From assembly GCA_947628985.1 (NCBI GenBank), contig CANRCA010000003.1:1-41011 (forward strand): a DNA stretch of 41,011 nt, given 5' to 3'. The stretch comes from an uncultured Bacilli bacterium. Its GTDB lineage: Bacteria > Bacillota_I > Bacilli_A > RF39 > UBA660. The first letter of the stretch is position 1. Each line of letters starts with the position of its first letter. The notes under the pieces were generated by a model. It saw nothing but the letters and a program-made list of their open reading frames with translations, did no database searches and was not told the DNA's origin. Below are positions 41,001 through 41,011 of the stretch, piece after piece. A program made the position numbers and the translations under genes.

Positions 41001-41011
41001 TATATGGACTT

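Overview
Very AT-rich chromosomal window from a reduced low-GC Bacillota genome using the standard code (dusB ends in TGA). The gene set and style suggest an uncultured host-associated Bacilli lineage such as RF39 (inference). Most of it is housekeeping: tsaB-rimI-tsaD, htrA, rplM-rpsI, dusB, rpsF-ssb-rpsR, argS, typA and two type II P-type ATPases, mixed with orphan membrane and secreted proteins. Two large non-coding RNAs stand out. (1) A compact OLE RNA of about 458 nt (34583-35040), with its own sigma-A promoter, lies directly upstream of oapA. (2) An unassigned AU-rich structured transcript of about 500 nt lies on the minus strand (40380-40876). It has a near-consensus promoter, nested long-range helices, two tandem 72-nt hairpins whose differences preserve pairing through G-U wobbles, and a terminator. 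Also notable are a single-AAA ClpC-like protein with a C-terminal IGF motif, a cluster of three XRE paralogues beside a degenerate Fic gene, an Abi_2/AbiF-like HEPN gene fused into the htrA-tsa gene run, and a Cys-rich protein with a prepilin-like N-terminus. All calls are from reading motifs by eye; no searches were run.
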